IMG/VR virus record: IMGVR_UViG_3300035208_008180
Direction: 5' to 3' (one strand)
From: a virus
Lineage: Duplodnaviria > Caudoviricetes
Length of the DNA stretch: 64,000 bases
Part shown: in pieces, positions 17,617-27,188 of the stretch
Numbering within the stretch: position 1 is the stretch's first letter
Layout: each line of letters begins with the position of its first letter
Program-made: the position numbers and the translations under genes
The notes under the pieces: generated by a model
Told to the model about the DNA's origin: nothing
The model's input: only the letters and a program-made list of their open reading frames with translations
Databases searched by the model: none

Positions 17617-17895
17617 CTACCAATGTTCTTTGGTGTTTAATGTATGAATAAAATTTCCAATCTCCTGCAATACCTTTTCAGCATCATTACCTTCTGCCTC
17701 AAAAATTATTTCGCTGCCTGATTGAATGCCCATAGAAAGCATTTCCAACACAGAGCTAACATGTGCTCTTTCGCCATTATGTACAAGTATTACTTTAGCT
17801 GAAAATGGCTTAATTAACGCTGCCAACGCTGTGCATGGTCGAGCATGTAAGCCGCAAGGATATGTTAAAATAAGGGTTTTTGTCACTCTGTCCAC
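17617..17895 (-). CDS. ptsH: HPr phosphocarrier protein
   Basis: GLHARP (His15), SSVLEMLSMGI (Ser46 region), AEGNDAE. Confidence 0.92.
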   Translation of the reverse strand: MDRVTKTLILTYPCGLHARPCTALAALIKPFSAKVILVHNGERAHVSSVLEMLSMGIQSGSEIIFEAEGNDAEKVLQEIGNFIHTLNTKEHW

Positions 17896-18161
17896 CTATT
17901 ATTTTGAGAATGATCTTCTTCTATCCACCTTTGGGCCTGTAAACAATCTCTTCTATAAGGACAATGCAAAGCACAATAACAAGCCCGATAGCCAGCATTA
18001 AATCCTGATGCGTATAGCTTTAGAAAATGCTCTTCGGCAAATTCCCACCCCACATCCTTGTGTTGCTCTTCAGATAAATACCATTTATCCTCCTCAATTG
18101 CATGTTGCATTATTTTAGCCTGGAGGATAAAAAAATCTTTGTTAGTACAAACTTGCTGCAT
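17883..18161 (-). CDS. hypothetical protein (DUF4032-like)
   Basis: IEEDKWYLSE...DVGWEFA; GGAGG RBS before MQQV. Confidence 0.55.
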   Translation of the reverse strand: MQQVCTNKDFFILQAKIMQHAIEEDKWYLSEEQHKDVGWEFAEEHFLKLYASGFNAGYRACYCALHCPYRRDCLQAQRWIEEDHSQNNRWTE

Positions 18162-18190
18162 GGCACCTCCTTGCAGATTATTTATACTTG

Positions 18191-18724
18191 TTATGCTGGT
18201 GTTTCCAGCCACAAATCCCCAGATTTTTCTATTGCCAAATCTTCATAGGGTGCAGTTCTTCTTCTATACATTTCGTCAATTACATCTGTAAAAACGCCAA
18301 GAAAGAAAATGCACTCTTCTGGGGTGTAAAATTCTCGCTGACTCATCACCGCTCGCCACAATGCTCCCTTTATAAAAGATCGCATACAATATCTCGCCGG
18401 GGGTCTACCTGGAGCATCACCTGTTAGTCCCCAACACAAACTGGATAGGCTATAATTCAAGTCACCAGCCATATCCTCTTTGTTGGCTGGAAGGGTTCTT
18501 GCTAATTCAGTGGCATATTCTTTTAGCTTTGCTCCCATTCCAGTTATAGTGGTATTAGGAAACTTCGGGTCAGCCAATCTTTTTATTTCACGTACTAAAC
18601 TGCTTGAAAAAGTGGCAACCAAAGTGGCTTGTATCATTGGTGATTCATTACTGGGAATTAGCCCCATCACCTTTGCAATTATTGCATCGTACTTCGATCT
18701 ATTTTCGTTCTTGATGTATGGCAT
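18191..18724 (-). CDS. conserved phage hypothetical protein
   Basis: MPYIK...GDLNY...EMYRRRTAPYED..I...GD. Confidence 0.7.
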   Translation of the reverse strand: MPYIKNENRSKYDAIIAKVMGLIPSNESPMIQATLVATFSSSLVREIKRLADPKFPNTTITGMGAKLKEYATELARTLPANKEDMAGDLNYSLSSLCWGLTGDAPGRPPARYCMRSFIKGALWRAVMSQREFYTPEECIFFLGVFTDVIDEMYRRRTAPYEDLAIEKSGDLWLETPA

Positions 18725-18733
18725 TTTTATTCC

Positions 18734-19339
18734 TTATGTTTTACTTGCGATTATAGACTGCACTTTTTCTTGTTGTGCGTTTTTTACGACTTCCCGCTCT
18801 TCCATTCTTTGTTCTAAAATATCACCCATTATGGCACTATTGCGTATATATTCCGAAGCTCTTTGTAGAGTTTGATAATCCTCAGCGAAATAAGAAAGAC
18901 CAAAATTACACCTAAAGCACAACAGCCCTCTAATTTTTCCACAGTTATGATCGTGATCTACATGTAATCGCTTGCCTTCCTTAGGCGGCTTACCACAAAT
19001 AGCACACCCACCGCCTTGTTGCTCAAGCATAAAACTATAATCATCTATAGTCAACCCATACTGTCTGAGTTTTTTGATATGGTTGTAGTCTTTGTCTTTT
19101 TTGGCTACCCACTCTTTTTGAACTTGCTTCTTGCGTTGCTTGTTTTTTTTGGTCCACTCTACACAATTATCCTTCTGTTTCTTTAAATACTCTGGATTAT
19201 TTTGCTTAAGCCATTTGTCATAACAACTCTTGCACAACCCTCTTGCCCAAACTGGCCTATCGCTATGCACAGAACACATTTTACTGGCTTTTATATCTTG
19301 CTTCAATCCACCCTGTTTGTTTTTAATTTTCTTTAACAC
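18734..19339 (-). CDS. Endonuclease VII-family HNH nuclease
   Basis: YGLT..Y..M...Q...CAIC...LHVDHDH..GKIRGLLCFRCN. Confidence 0.88.
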   Translation of the reverse strand: MLKKIKNKQGGLKQDIKASKMCSVHSDRPVWARGLCKSCYDKWLKQNNPEYLKKQKDNCVEWTKKNKQRKKQVQKEWVAKKDKDYNHIKKLRQYGLTIDDYSFMLEQQGGGCAICGKPPKEGKRLHVDHDHNCGKIRGLLCFRCNFGLSYFAEDYQTLQRASEYIRNSAIMGDILEQRMEEREVVKNAQQEKVQSIIASKT

Positions 19340-19400
19340 AACTTCCCTTCTGCCAATTGTTTGCCTTATGTATTATATAGTAATTGGCAGAAATATTTTT

Positions 19401-19787
19401 TCATCTATTTTTCAAAATATTTGGAAGATTGTCTAGTTCTTTTGGCAAAATGCCCGCATTTATCATCTCTTGAGTTTCTAATAAACAGCAAGCGTTCCAA
19501 ATCACCGCACTCAGGTGATCTTCGTCTTGTAGTCCTGCTGTAAATTTAAATGCGTGCCGAAGCATAGAATCCAAATACCTGCTCAGGGGAATACCCTTTG
19601 CCCAATTTGAATCTCCATATTTCCTAGCCCCGTTTTCAAAATGTTGTGCCAGTCGGGTAATCGCATAATATGGCAACAAATCAAACCTTCCCTTGCCATC
19701 TTGGGTGTCCCTAACAGCCCCGGTGCCAAACTCTTGTCTAGCCCCTGAATCCATTACCTTGTCGAATTTAGTTGGTGTCTCGCTCAT
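19401..19787 (-). CDS. dATP/dGTP diphosphohydrolase (DUF5664-like)
   Basis: TGAVRD..GKGRFDL, GARKYGDSNW.KG, RH, EDHL. Confidence 0.85.
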   Translation of the reverse strand: MSETPTKFDKVMDSGARQEFGTGAVRDTQDGKGRFDLLPYYAITRLAQHFENGARKYGDSNWAKGIPLSRYLDSMLRHAFKFTAGLQDEDHLSAVIWNACCLLETQEMINAGILPKELDNLPNILKNR

Positions 19788-19844
19788 GTTAAACCTCACT
19801 TGTAATCTCTACATACTATACTATAATGTGATGCAGAGGTCAAT

Positions 19845-20180
19845 ATGTTAAAAAAGAAAAAATTAAAACCAATTTGTAAAAATTGTAGTTTATTTGATCG
19901 AAACAACAGCATATGCAGAGTGGTTATTTTATCCGAAGGTGAACGCATCAACATTCCTGTTGACCCCGATGATAAGTGTTTTTTCAACAATAAGTTTACT
20001 GCTCTTGAAGAAAAAGCAGGGAAAATTGTTGAAGAACAATTTAAGCCAGAAATTGAACAAGTCCGATGGTGGGTAGAAGACCCAGAAACTGGACAACAAA
20101 CTAAGGGAAACGGCGTTGTAAAAATGCAATATCCAAAAAACTTTTTCTCTCCCGAGGATAAAGATGTTCGAAAAAATTAA
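19845..20180 (+). CDS. hypothetical protein
   Basis: GAGG RBS; Cys-rich N-terminus. Confidence 0.65.
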   Translation: MLKKKKLKPICKNCSLFDRNNSICRVVILSEGERINIPVDPDDKCFFNNKFTALEEKAGKIVEEQFKPEIEQVRWWVEDPETGQQTKGNGVVKMQYPKNFFSPEDKDVRKN

Positions 20181-20802
20181 ATACAAATACTGGGAAATAG
20201 TGCCGTATGATTGGCGACCTTGGCAAATGTGGTATCGCTTCAAGTCCTTTATTTGGACTCGCCCCACAGTTATCAAGCCTCGCTATTTACCTTATACTTG
20301 GTGCGACAGAATGGAAATGCTGCCCCATATGATGTTTGAGATATTATCTCAATTCATTGAACAAGAGTGCTCGCCTGGGCATGTGGATTGGGAAGCTTCC
20401 GATCACAAGATTCGTGTGGTAAAAGACGATTCTATTGATCCCGGTAGCGGCCTTCCATTGGACCCCGGCAAAATGGTCAATGTTCGTGACGAAATGCAGG
20501 AACTTTATGATTGGTGGCATAATGTTTATATGAAAGAATATAAAGAGGTAGAAGAAATTCTTTGGGCAGAAGCCAGAAAACACGAGCCAATTGACCGATG
20601 GGAAGAAGACGATGATAAAAAAATGGCTGGACTCTACGGCGAAACCCTTTATAAATGGGAGCAAAATTTTAAAACCACCGAAGATGAAGAAATTTATCAC
20701 GATTGTTTAATGGCACTCAACAAATTAGAAGCCAATCAACACAAAGCATTATTAGCAAGGATGCACAGAATAGTCAATCTGACTGGTTATTTGTGGACGT
20801 AA
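20164..20802 (+). CDS. hypothetical protein
   Basis: 212 aa, Trp-rich, ends YLWT. Confidence 0.7.
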   Translation: MFEKIKYKYWEIVPYDWRPWQMWYRFKSFIWTRPTVIKPRYLPYTWCDRMEMLPHMMFEILSQFIEQECSPGHVDWEASDHKIRVVKDDSIDPGSGLPLDPGKMVNVRDEMQELYDWWHNVYMKEYKEVEEILWAEARKHEPIDRWEEDDDKKMAGLYGETLYKWEQNFKTTEDEEIYHDCLMALNKLEANQHKALLARMHRIVNLTGYLWT

Positions 20803-20817
20803 TATCTATATACTTCT

Positions 20818-21171
20818 ATGAGTTTTAGACAATTTGTAGAAGATGCTGCGGCTTGGGATGCTTTTCAAGACGTTTTCTTTGTTGGAGAATACGAAGGGCA
20901 AGCAAGTGATTTCTATTGCTGGCTTCGCCAACGCTGGAGTGCCAATCAATCCCCTCAAGATTATGATTACAAAGGATTGGAAAGATTGTTTGCTGATTGG
21001 AAAAAAAGCACAGTTCGTGGTGCATGGTGTGCAAAAATGGATCGAAGTCGAGATCGCAAACGAAGAAAAGACTTCGGCCCAGGCAAATATTGGGCACCTA
21101 CATCAGCAGGTGTCTTCCTAAATAAAAACTTTGTAAAAGGATGGAGAGGTATCAATCCAGCAAACCCATGA
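20818..21171 (+). CDS. hypothetical protein with FxxF tag
   Basis: MSFRQFVE preceded by CTATATACTTCT. Confidence 0.7.
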   Translation: MSFRQFVEDAAAWDAFQDVFFVGEYEGQASDFYCWLRQRWSANQSPQDYDYKGLERLFADWKKSTVRGAWCAKMDRSRDRKRRKDFGPGKYWAPTSAGVFLNKNFVKGWRGINPANP

Positions 21172-21584
21172 AATTCAAACAATGGCTTGAATCCATATAC
21201 TATCACGGCACCACACCCGAAAACGCCGAATCTATCCTAAAAAATGGCATCGACCCAGATCGCTATAAAAGCGGGATGTTCAGAGGATTCTACCTTACAC
21301 CAAACCCAACTTACTTCAATGGCTTTAGCGGGCCAAAGAAAACAATTTTGGCCATAGAAATTGATGACTCGCAAATACTCGATGTAGAAAGCGTCAAGGA
21401 TGAGGATTTGCTGCCAATTGATCCTCACTTCAAAATGATGAGCCCAATGTATAAAAATACTATGATTATGAAGTTGGCTCTTGAAAAAGGATATTCTGGC
21501 GTCAAAAACGGAAAAGAAGTTGTTCTTTTTACTGACAGAGCAATCCGCTCTATTCGACCCATAAATTCCAGTCATTCAAAGTAG
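21168..21584 (+). CDS. PARP-like (H-Y-E) ADP-ribosyltransferase, tagged
   Basis: True start MKFKQWLE; YYHGT..ENAESILKNG...GFYLT...GYSGV...KEVVLF. Confidence 0.65.
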   Translation: MKFKQWLESIYYHGTTPENAESILKNGIDPDRYKSGMFRGFYLTPNPTYFNGFSGPKKTILAIEIDDSQILDVESVKDEDLLPIDPHFKMMSPMYKNTMIMKLALEKGYSGVKNGKEVVLFTDRAIRSIRPINSSHSK

Positions 21585-21801
21585 TCCGCATTTCACGGGC
21601 ATGTTTCATGCACAAAAAATTTGAAGTGCTGCGGCTACCACTTCCAGTTTCTATCTTTAAAACCGTGGTGCCCTTAGGCAAAGCAGATTCCTTTACTCCC
21701 TTCTCATGCTTTTTGACAGAATAAGGTGGAGTATTAATTTCATCATAACACATCGGGCAATAAGCATTATTGCCTTTAACAACCGTTAGTTCATATTTCA
21801 T
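21550..21801 (-). CDS. small zinc-binding hypothetical protein
   Basis: CPMC...LCMKHA. Confidence 0.55.
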   Translation of the reverse strand: MKYELTVVKGNNAYCPMCYDEINTPPYSVKKHEKGVKESALPKGTTVLKIETGSGSRSTSNFLCMKHAREMRTTLNDWNLWVE

Positions 21802-23852
21802 TTTAGCCCCATTGACATTAATCTAGCTTGATTACATATCGATTCAATATTGGCTCGGCTCATCTTCAAAATTGCCTGAACCCTGTCAACATCACGAGAA
21901 ACGTCATTATAATTTCTAAATCCAGCCTGCCATAATTTCTCTGCTCTGACCTTACCGACATTATTCAACTCACAGAATGGAACCAAATGAGCAGCCACAC
22001 CATATTGCATCCTTTTCTGTAATGCGTTTAGGCAACCTTGTTTTCCCCATTTGCCAGACATTTGATCGATCATTTGAATCACTGTTGACAATCGAGGGAA
22101 ATCAAACTGCAAATTACGAGCAGTTCCAGTGAACACCCCCAGCGGCAGTCCATTCATCAAACAAAAATAGCAATACGCCCCTTTCCAGACCGTATCTTGA
22201 AATTGCTTTCCAAATATCTTCTCAGCAATTTTTGCTTTGTTCATCCAGACTGCCATTTCATCTTTTTCAGCCCGACTCACAATACCCATCCGAATAGAGT
22301 CAACATTACCCAATGCTACAGCCATCGCTATGTCATTGTCTTCTGCGTTTGTTGCAAATAAAGTATTGAAATTACTGCGAAGGTCGGCCACATCGAATGG
22401 TGAATAATAGAACATGGAGGAAACCATGCCAATAGAAGTGCATTTGTATTCTCCATCTACTTCTTTAATTGCTCCAAATTTCAACAACAAATTCAAAGTA
22501 GACTCTATAATCTTTTCATCCAAACCATGCGTCTGAAAATTGGCCAAACTCCTCTTGTACCAAAGAGTTACATCATCCTTTGTTTTAATGCCACCGTGAT
22601 GAATCTCCGATACCAAATGAAAAGCCAAGGTTTTATAATGAGGATCAGTAGGCGTTCCTACATAATCCAATAGTCTAGAAACCACCTTGTAATTTTTGGT
22701 AAGCCGATTCATATGATATTGGCATTCAGAATGTTCTGAGGGGAGCAAAATGTAACAATCCCCACGATCATCATATCCTGGCCTTCCGCTTCTTCCTGCC
22801 ATTTGCCAAATATCATAAGGCTGAACCTCATCCAACCCTCGATGCACCCCAACAATAATTACTCGACGTGCCGGTGTATTACATCCCCAAGCAAGAGTTG
22901 AAGTCGCAATCAGAATTTGAAAATCTTTGTTTGTTTTAAATTCATTCTCAAACTTATGTCTATCCTCCATAAGTAAATCAGCGTTATGAAACTGAACAGG
23001 AAATCCCGACTTCTCTAGGGCGGTTTTCATCAACTGTCCGGTTCGCTTTGTGTGTGTAAAAATTAAAAATTTGTCATCAGGATGAGTTTCAACAATTTCC
23101 AGTGCTGCATTAACCTTCTCCTCCTCTGTTGACTCATATCTTCTTGTTTTTTCATAAGTTGTATAATGCACACCCAAAGGGATGGGTCGATAATCAGATT
23201 CAATCAAATATGTTTCTTTGCCAGTGAGAATATATGAAATCCATTCAGCCACTTGGATGGCATTAGGAATCGTAGCAGACAAAGCAACTATTCTTGCATC
23301 TGGATTTATCTCGCAAAACTTCATTAAACCAACTTCAAGATGATCTCCTCGGCCAGGAACCGTGAGCAGGTGTGCTTCGTCAAGAATTAGCACCTTAATA
23401 GACTTCAACCACTCATTATGCTCAGAGGCATAATTGCGGATTCGACTATTCATCATTTCTGGTGTTAAAATAATGATATCGGCTTCGTCTAATTCCTTTT
23501 TTCGTTGCGGGGTCAGTCGATAATCCCCAGTACAGATACTTACCTTTAAGTCAGCAAAATGATGGTCTGCATCTCCCCAGTCGTCCGTCTTTTCTTTAGC
23601 CAAAGCTTTCATGGGTGCCAAATAGGCAATCTTACCACCATGCTTTCTGATTTCATAAGAAGCAATAATTTCCGCACAAACAGTTTTGCCACTAGCGGTT
23701 GTGGATGCAACCACTACGTTGGCTTGTTTGTCGTAAATCTCATAGATTCTTGATTGAACAGGGTTGAACTTATCAAAAGGAAACTTGCCATATAGGAAGT
23801 CCTTTGGATTTACTAATTCATTTTGATCGCTCAGTTTAATTACAGGTGGCAT
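21798..23852 (-). CDS. Ski2/Hel308-like SF2 DEAH helicase
   Basis: TASGKT, DEAH, LSAT, FHNA, TSTLAWGCNTPA, QMAGRSGRPG; C-terminal HhH. Confidence 0.9.
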   Translation of the reverse strand: MPPVIKLSDQNELVNPKDFLYGKFPFDKFNPVQSRIYEIYDKQANVVVASTTASGKTVCAEIIASYEIRKHGGKIAYLAPMKALAKEKTDDWGDADHHFADLKVSICTGDYRLTPQRKKELDEADIIILTPEMMNSRIRNYASEHNEWLKSIKVLILDEAHLLTVPGRGDHLEVGLMKFCEINPDARIVALSATIPNAIQVAEWISYILTGKETYLIESDYRPIPLGVHYTTYEKTRRYESTEEEKVNAALEIVETHPDDKFLIFTHTKRTGQLMKTALEKSGFPVQFHNADLLMEDRHKFENEFKTNKDFQILIATSTLAWGCNTPARRVIIVGVHRGLDEVQPYDIWQMAGRSGRPGYDDRGDCYILLPSEHSECQYHMNRLTKNYKVVSRLLDYVGTPTDPHYKTLAFHLVSEIHHGGIKTKDDVTLWYKRSLANFQTHGLDEKIIESTLNLLLKFGAIKEVDGEYKCTSIGMVSSMFYYSPFDVADLRSNFNTLFATNAEDNDIAMAVALGNVDSIRMGIVSRAEKDEMAVWMNKAKIAEKIFGKQFQDTVWKGAYCYFCLMNGLPLGVFTGTARNLQFDFPRLSTVIQMIDQMSGKWGKQGCLNALQKRMQYGVAAHLVPFCELNNVGKVRAEKLWQAGFRNYNDVSRDVDRVQAILKMSRANIESICNQARLMSMGLK

Positions 23853-23920
23853 TAAATCTCTTTATCTATTGATTGTAGTTGTGGCAAGAAATCATTCTAC
23901 CACGATATATAACTTTGTCA

Positions 23921-24277
23921 ATGAGAACATTCTTCGAATCCATTCAAAAACGTGTGCATCTTCGCTTTGTGGCTACCACTGGTCCTGAGCATGCTCAGGG
24001 CCTAATGCACCAAGAGCCATTAAAACATAACGAAGGTGCCCTTTTTGTTTATGAAGCCCCGTCAAAATCAAAATTTTGGAACAAGAACGTAAACTTTCCC
24101 ATAGAAATTGGTTTCTTTGATATCAATAAAAAATTAGTTGATATTCGACAATTACAAGCCAATCAAACACAAGAAATTGGCTGCAAACAAGAGTTTGTTT
24201 ATGCTTTGGAAGTTTCTACCGGATTTTTTTCACAAAAAGATATTGGCAAATCATTGGATGACTTCATACTAAGCTAA
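23921..24277 (+). CDS. DUF192 family protein
   Basis: AQGLM, GALF, FWNKNVNFPIEIGF, YALEV; TATATA upstream of MRTFFE. Confidence 0.8.
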   Translation: MRTFFESIQKRVHLRFVATTGPEHAQGLMHQEPLKHNEGALFVYEAPSKSKFWNKNVNFPIEIGFFDINKKLVDIRQLQANQTQEIGCKQEFVYALEVSTGFFSQKDIGKSLDDFILS

Positions 24278-24342
24278 AGTATGCTACATTTATCCCAGCT
24301 TTTTGACCCAAGCATAAGAGCAAAAGCAATAGAGGCATTAAA

Positions 24343-25407
24343 TTACATTGCTACCCAATAAAGAATTTCCTGAGCCCTAGAGGCAGCAGTATAAGCCCAC
24401 CTAACGTGATCCCACTGTCCACCCCGTTGTTCAAAAACCATAACTGAAGGCCATTCTGAGCCTTGGGCTTTGTGTGCTGTAACAGCATTGCAAAAATCAA
24501 ATGGATCAGGATCGTCTTTGTTGCCTTGAAGTTCATATTTTTCCACATTGAAATTCGAAGGATCAAAAATCACATCAAAAAGCGTGCCTTCATCACTTCT
24601 AAAATGCATCCGATTTTTCTTTGTATAAAGAAACTTACAATCACCCTGCATGCCGTTAAATAATCCAATTTTTCGATTATTGCGAAGACACATTACTCGA
24701 TCACCAACCAGTGGATAATCTCCAGTAAATCCCTTTAACCCTCTTGTCTTTTTATTTAATTGCACTCTGGTTTTATTGAATGCACAAATAATTTGATCCA
24801 CTTTTGTAAGGTATGCATCAGCTTGAAAACGACTAAGAAACCGCACTTTGCCTTCAAACGATGGTCGGAATGCAGCAGGTCGATAACCATTTCTGATGAA
24901 TTCGCAGAAGCGAGCAATCTCACCAGCATTACGATGAATAGTTTCTAACACAAAATCGGGCTTGGCCATAAGGTTGATATCCTTGCCCACTGGCTCCAAT
25001 TGCCCGTGGTCGCCCACAAAAATAATAGGAATATGGAAGCTTACCAAATCTTCATATAAATCCCTACTAATCATAGATGCTTCATCTACAATAATACCAG
25101 AAGCATCTAAAGAAGGCACTCTGGCAAAGATTGGATTGCCGTGATGGTCACGCATCAAATGCCCTTCATCATCTACCATTGGATGGTAAATAAGGCTGTG
25201 AATTGTGCTGGCTGGAACTCCTTTTTGCCTCAAAACACTGGCTGCTTTGCCGGTAAAAGCACACACGGCAAAATGAGGCAGTGTTTTGACCAATTGAGAA
25301 ATAAGTGTCGTTTTGCCAGTTCCAGCATACCCGCCCAATGTTTGAACAGGCTTCTTAAATTGTATGAGATTGGCGATAATATTTTTTTGTTCTTGTGTTA
25401 AATTCAA
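24343..25407 (-). CDS. RecD2/Dda-like SF1 helicase
   Basis: GYAGTGKTT, TGKAA, TIH, VDEASM, GDHGQL, TAHKAQGSEW, YTAASRA. Confidence 0.9.
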   Translation of the reverse strand: MNLTQEQKNIIANLIQFKKPVQTLGGYAGTGKTTLISQLVKTLPHFAVCAFTGKAASVLRQKGVPASTIHSLIYHPMVDDEGHLMRDHHGNPIFARVPSLDASGIIVDEASMISRDLYEDLVSFHIPIIFVGDHGQLEPVGKDINLMAKPDFVLETIHRNAGEIARFCEFIRNGYRPAAFRPSFEGKVRFLSRFQADAYLTKVDQIICAFNKTRVQLNKKTRGLKGFTGDYPLVGDRVMCLRNNRKIGLFNGMQGDCKFLYTKKNRMHFRSDEGTLFDVIFDPSNFNVEKYELQGNKDDPDPFDFCNAVTAHKAQGSEWPSVMVFEQRGGQWDHVRWAYTAASRAQEILYWVAM

Positions 25408-25691
25408 TTTTTACCCCTTCGTTGATAGCCACAGCACACAAATAACATATGGCCAAAGTGCTGCGATGTATACCTTTTCTTTAAAGGTCATATGCTGCTC
25501 GCTTGCGGCAAAAACCAACAGCCCCGCAAAACCCAGAAACCATATTCCAAACACAATTGCCAAAATTGTCCAAAGCATACCTCTTCTCCTTCAAAAAAAA
25601 CAGGGCGAGGAAAATGCCTCCCCACCCTATCTATACCCAATAGTGGTCATTACAGTTGGGTATCACACAATTTATTCTTAGCATCCTGCTC

Positions 25692-25952
25692 TTATCTTCT
25701 TCTGGGCTTTTCTTGGTCTCTTCGACCATACTCTCTCATAACTGCCTCTTCGACCTGATCCATCATTTCATAAAAATCCTCAGCATTAGTTGCTTTAAGC
25801 AACCAACGATCTACTTCTTTGTCTTGAGCCAGAATATTGCATACTGCGGCTTTGTCGCCCTCCAAATCTTGTCGTATACGGTTTCGCAACTCAAACAAAG
25901 TATCATCGGAAAGTCGTCGCACATACTCTGATACTACATTAGATTTCATCAA
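25692..25952 (-). CDS. hypothetical protein
   Basis: GAGG RBS; 86 aa. Confidence 0.6.
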   Translation of the reverse strand: MMKSNVVSEYVRRLSDDTLFELRNRIRQDLEGDKAAVCNILAQDKEVDRWLLKATNAEDFYEMMDQVEEAVMREYGRRDQEKPRRR

Positions 25953-25960
25953 ACCACCTC

Positions 25961-26245
25961 ATGAAAATAGATAAACAAAATTTTGAAAAATTGGGAATAA
26001 AAAATTGGTCTTCATTTATTGATCCCAGACAACTATTCGCTCATCTTGCAATACTTGCTGATGAGCAACTAAGCATAAAAGGAAAAGTAACATCTATCCG
26101 CATCACCCGTTTTGAACTTTCATTAAAGGGTATTATCATCTGGATAGAGTATATTGTAAATTATAATGCGGCTTCTGTCAATATAATTAGTGAATTTTTA
26201 TTGGTAAATGATGAACTAATTCATCAGACAACAGCAAAAATGTGA
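25961..26245 (+). CDS. hypothetical protein
   Basis: 94 aa ORF. Confidence 0.55.
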   Translation: MKIDKQNFEKLGIKNWSSFIDPRQLFAHLAILADEQLSIKGKVTSIRITRFELSLKGIIIWIEYIVNYNAASVNIISEFLLVNDELIHQTTAKM

Positions 26246-26502
26246 TTGTCTGCATTTTCATCATCAAAAAACACACGATTTCTACCAAATTGTAACTCCA
26301 TGTTATAGTCATCCATCGACATAACCCTATCATCTTGGGAGGCAACCACGTAGCAATAATCATCGGTTTTTTGTATGCCATGTTTGTTTTCTTTGGTGAT
26401 GCCTACTTCTAATTTCACTCCGCTCGGCAAGGTAAATTCAACTTGCCCCTCTTTTAACAGATACGTGATTAAAAGGTGCTGAAGTTTGTCTTTCTTTGTC
26501 AT
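26224..26502 (-). CDS. hypothetical protein
   Basis: GGGAGG RBS before MTKKDK. Confidence 0.65.
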   Translation of the reverse strand: MTKKDKLQHLLITYLLKEGQVEFTLPSGVKLEVGITKENKHGIQKTDDYCYVVASQDDRVMSMDDYNMELQFGRNRVFFDDENADNHIFAVV

Positions 26503-26735
26503 TTTGTACCTCCCTTTTGGTATACAGTATTTACACATAATACCAATCAAGAAAGGTTATTAATTACAAAATTTGGTAATTAAAAGCGTGTCCGATCATT
26601 CCTAAGCCACCAGCACCAACTATTATAGCGATTATTGGCTCAACTCCCCAAAAATGCCAGCCAGCCACGGCAGCACCGACAATAATAAATCCTACAATCG
26701 CCTCTAAAACTTTTAAAACTATATTGTGCATGATA

Positions 26736-27185
26736 TTAGTGGAAGTCCACTTCTCCAGGTTTTACGAATTGAAACTCAAAACCATTATATTCCCGAGAAT
26801 GCGTTTTCATGGGATGCATCCAAGGCATCGGGCGACCAGTGCCATCTGTACAAATGGCCCAACACCAATACATTTTTCCCCTAATGGCTTGCTCAATCAA
26901 TGATAAATGGCTGGACCCTAAAAATTTCTGGCCTATTTTTGCCACAACAGGGAATGGTAAAAAAGGAATGTTTTCACCACTCATTTGACAAGTCTCAACA
27001 AAGTGGGTGTCATAGTCCATTTTATTGAAATGTACCCTGACCGTGTAGCCATCGACCTCTGTTAAAATAGTTTTAAATAAACCAATATAATCCTCAAGTG
27101 CAGGGTCATTCTTTGGATAATTATATGGGATCAAATGATCTCCCATCATTCTCAGCGTATCTATGGCGTCATCTAGCTTCTTCAT
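26736..27185 (-). CDS. hypothetical protein
   Basis: 149 aa ORF downstream of the amidoligase. Confidence 0.65.
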   Translation of the reverse strand: MKKLDDAIDTLRMMGDHLIPYNYPKNDPALEDYIGLFKTILTEVDGYTVRVHFNKMDYDTHFVETCQMSGENIPFLPFPVVAKIGQKFLGSSHLSLIEQAIRGKMYWCWAICTDGTGRPMPWMHPMKTHSREYNGFEFQFVKPGEVDFH

Positions 27186-27188
27186 ACA

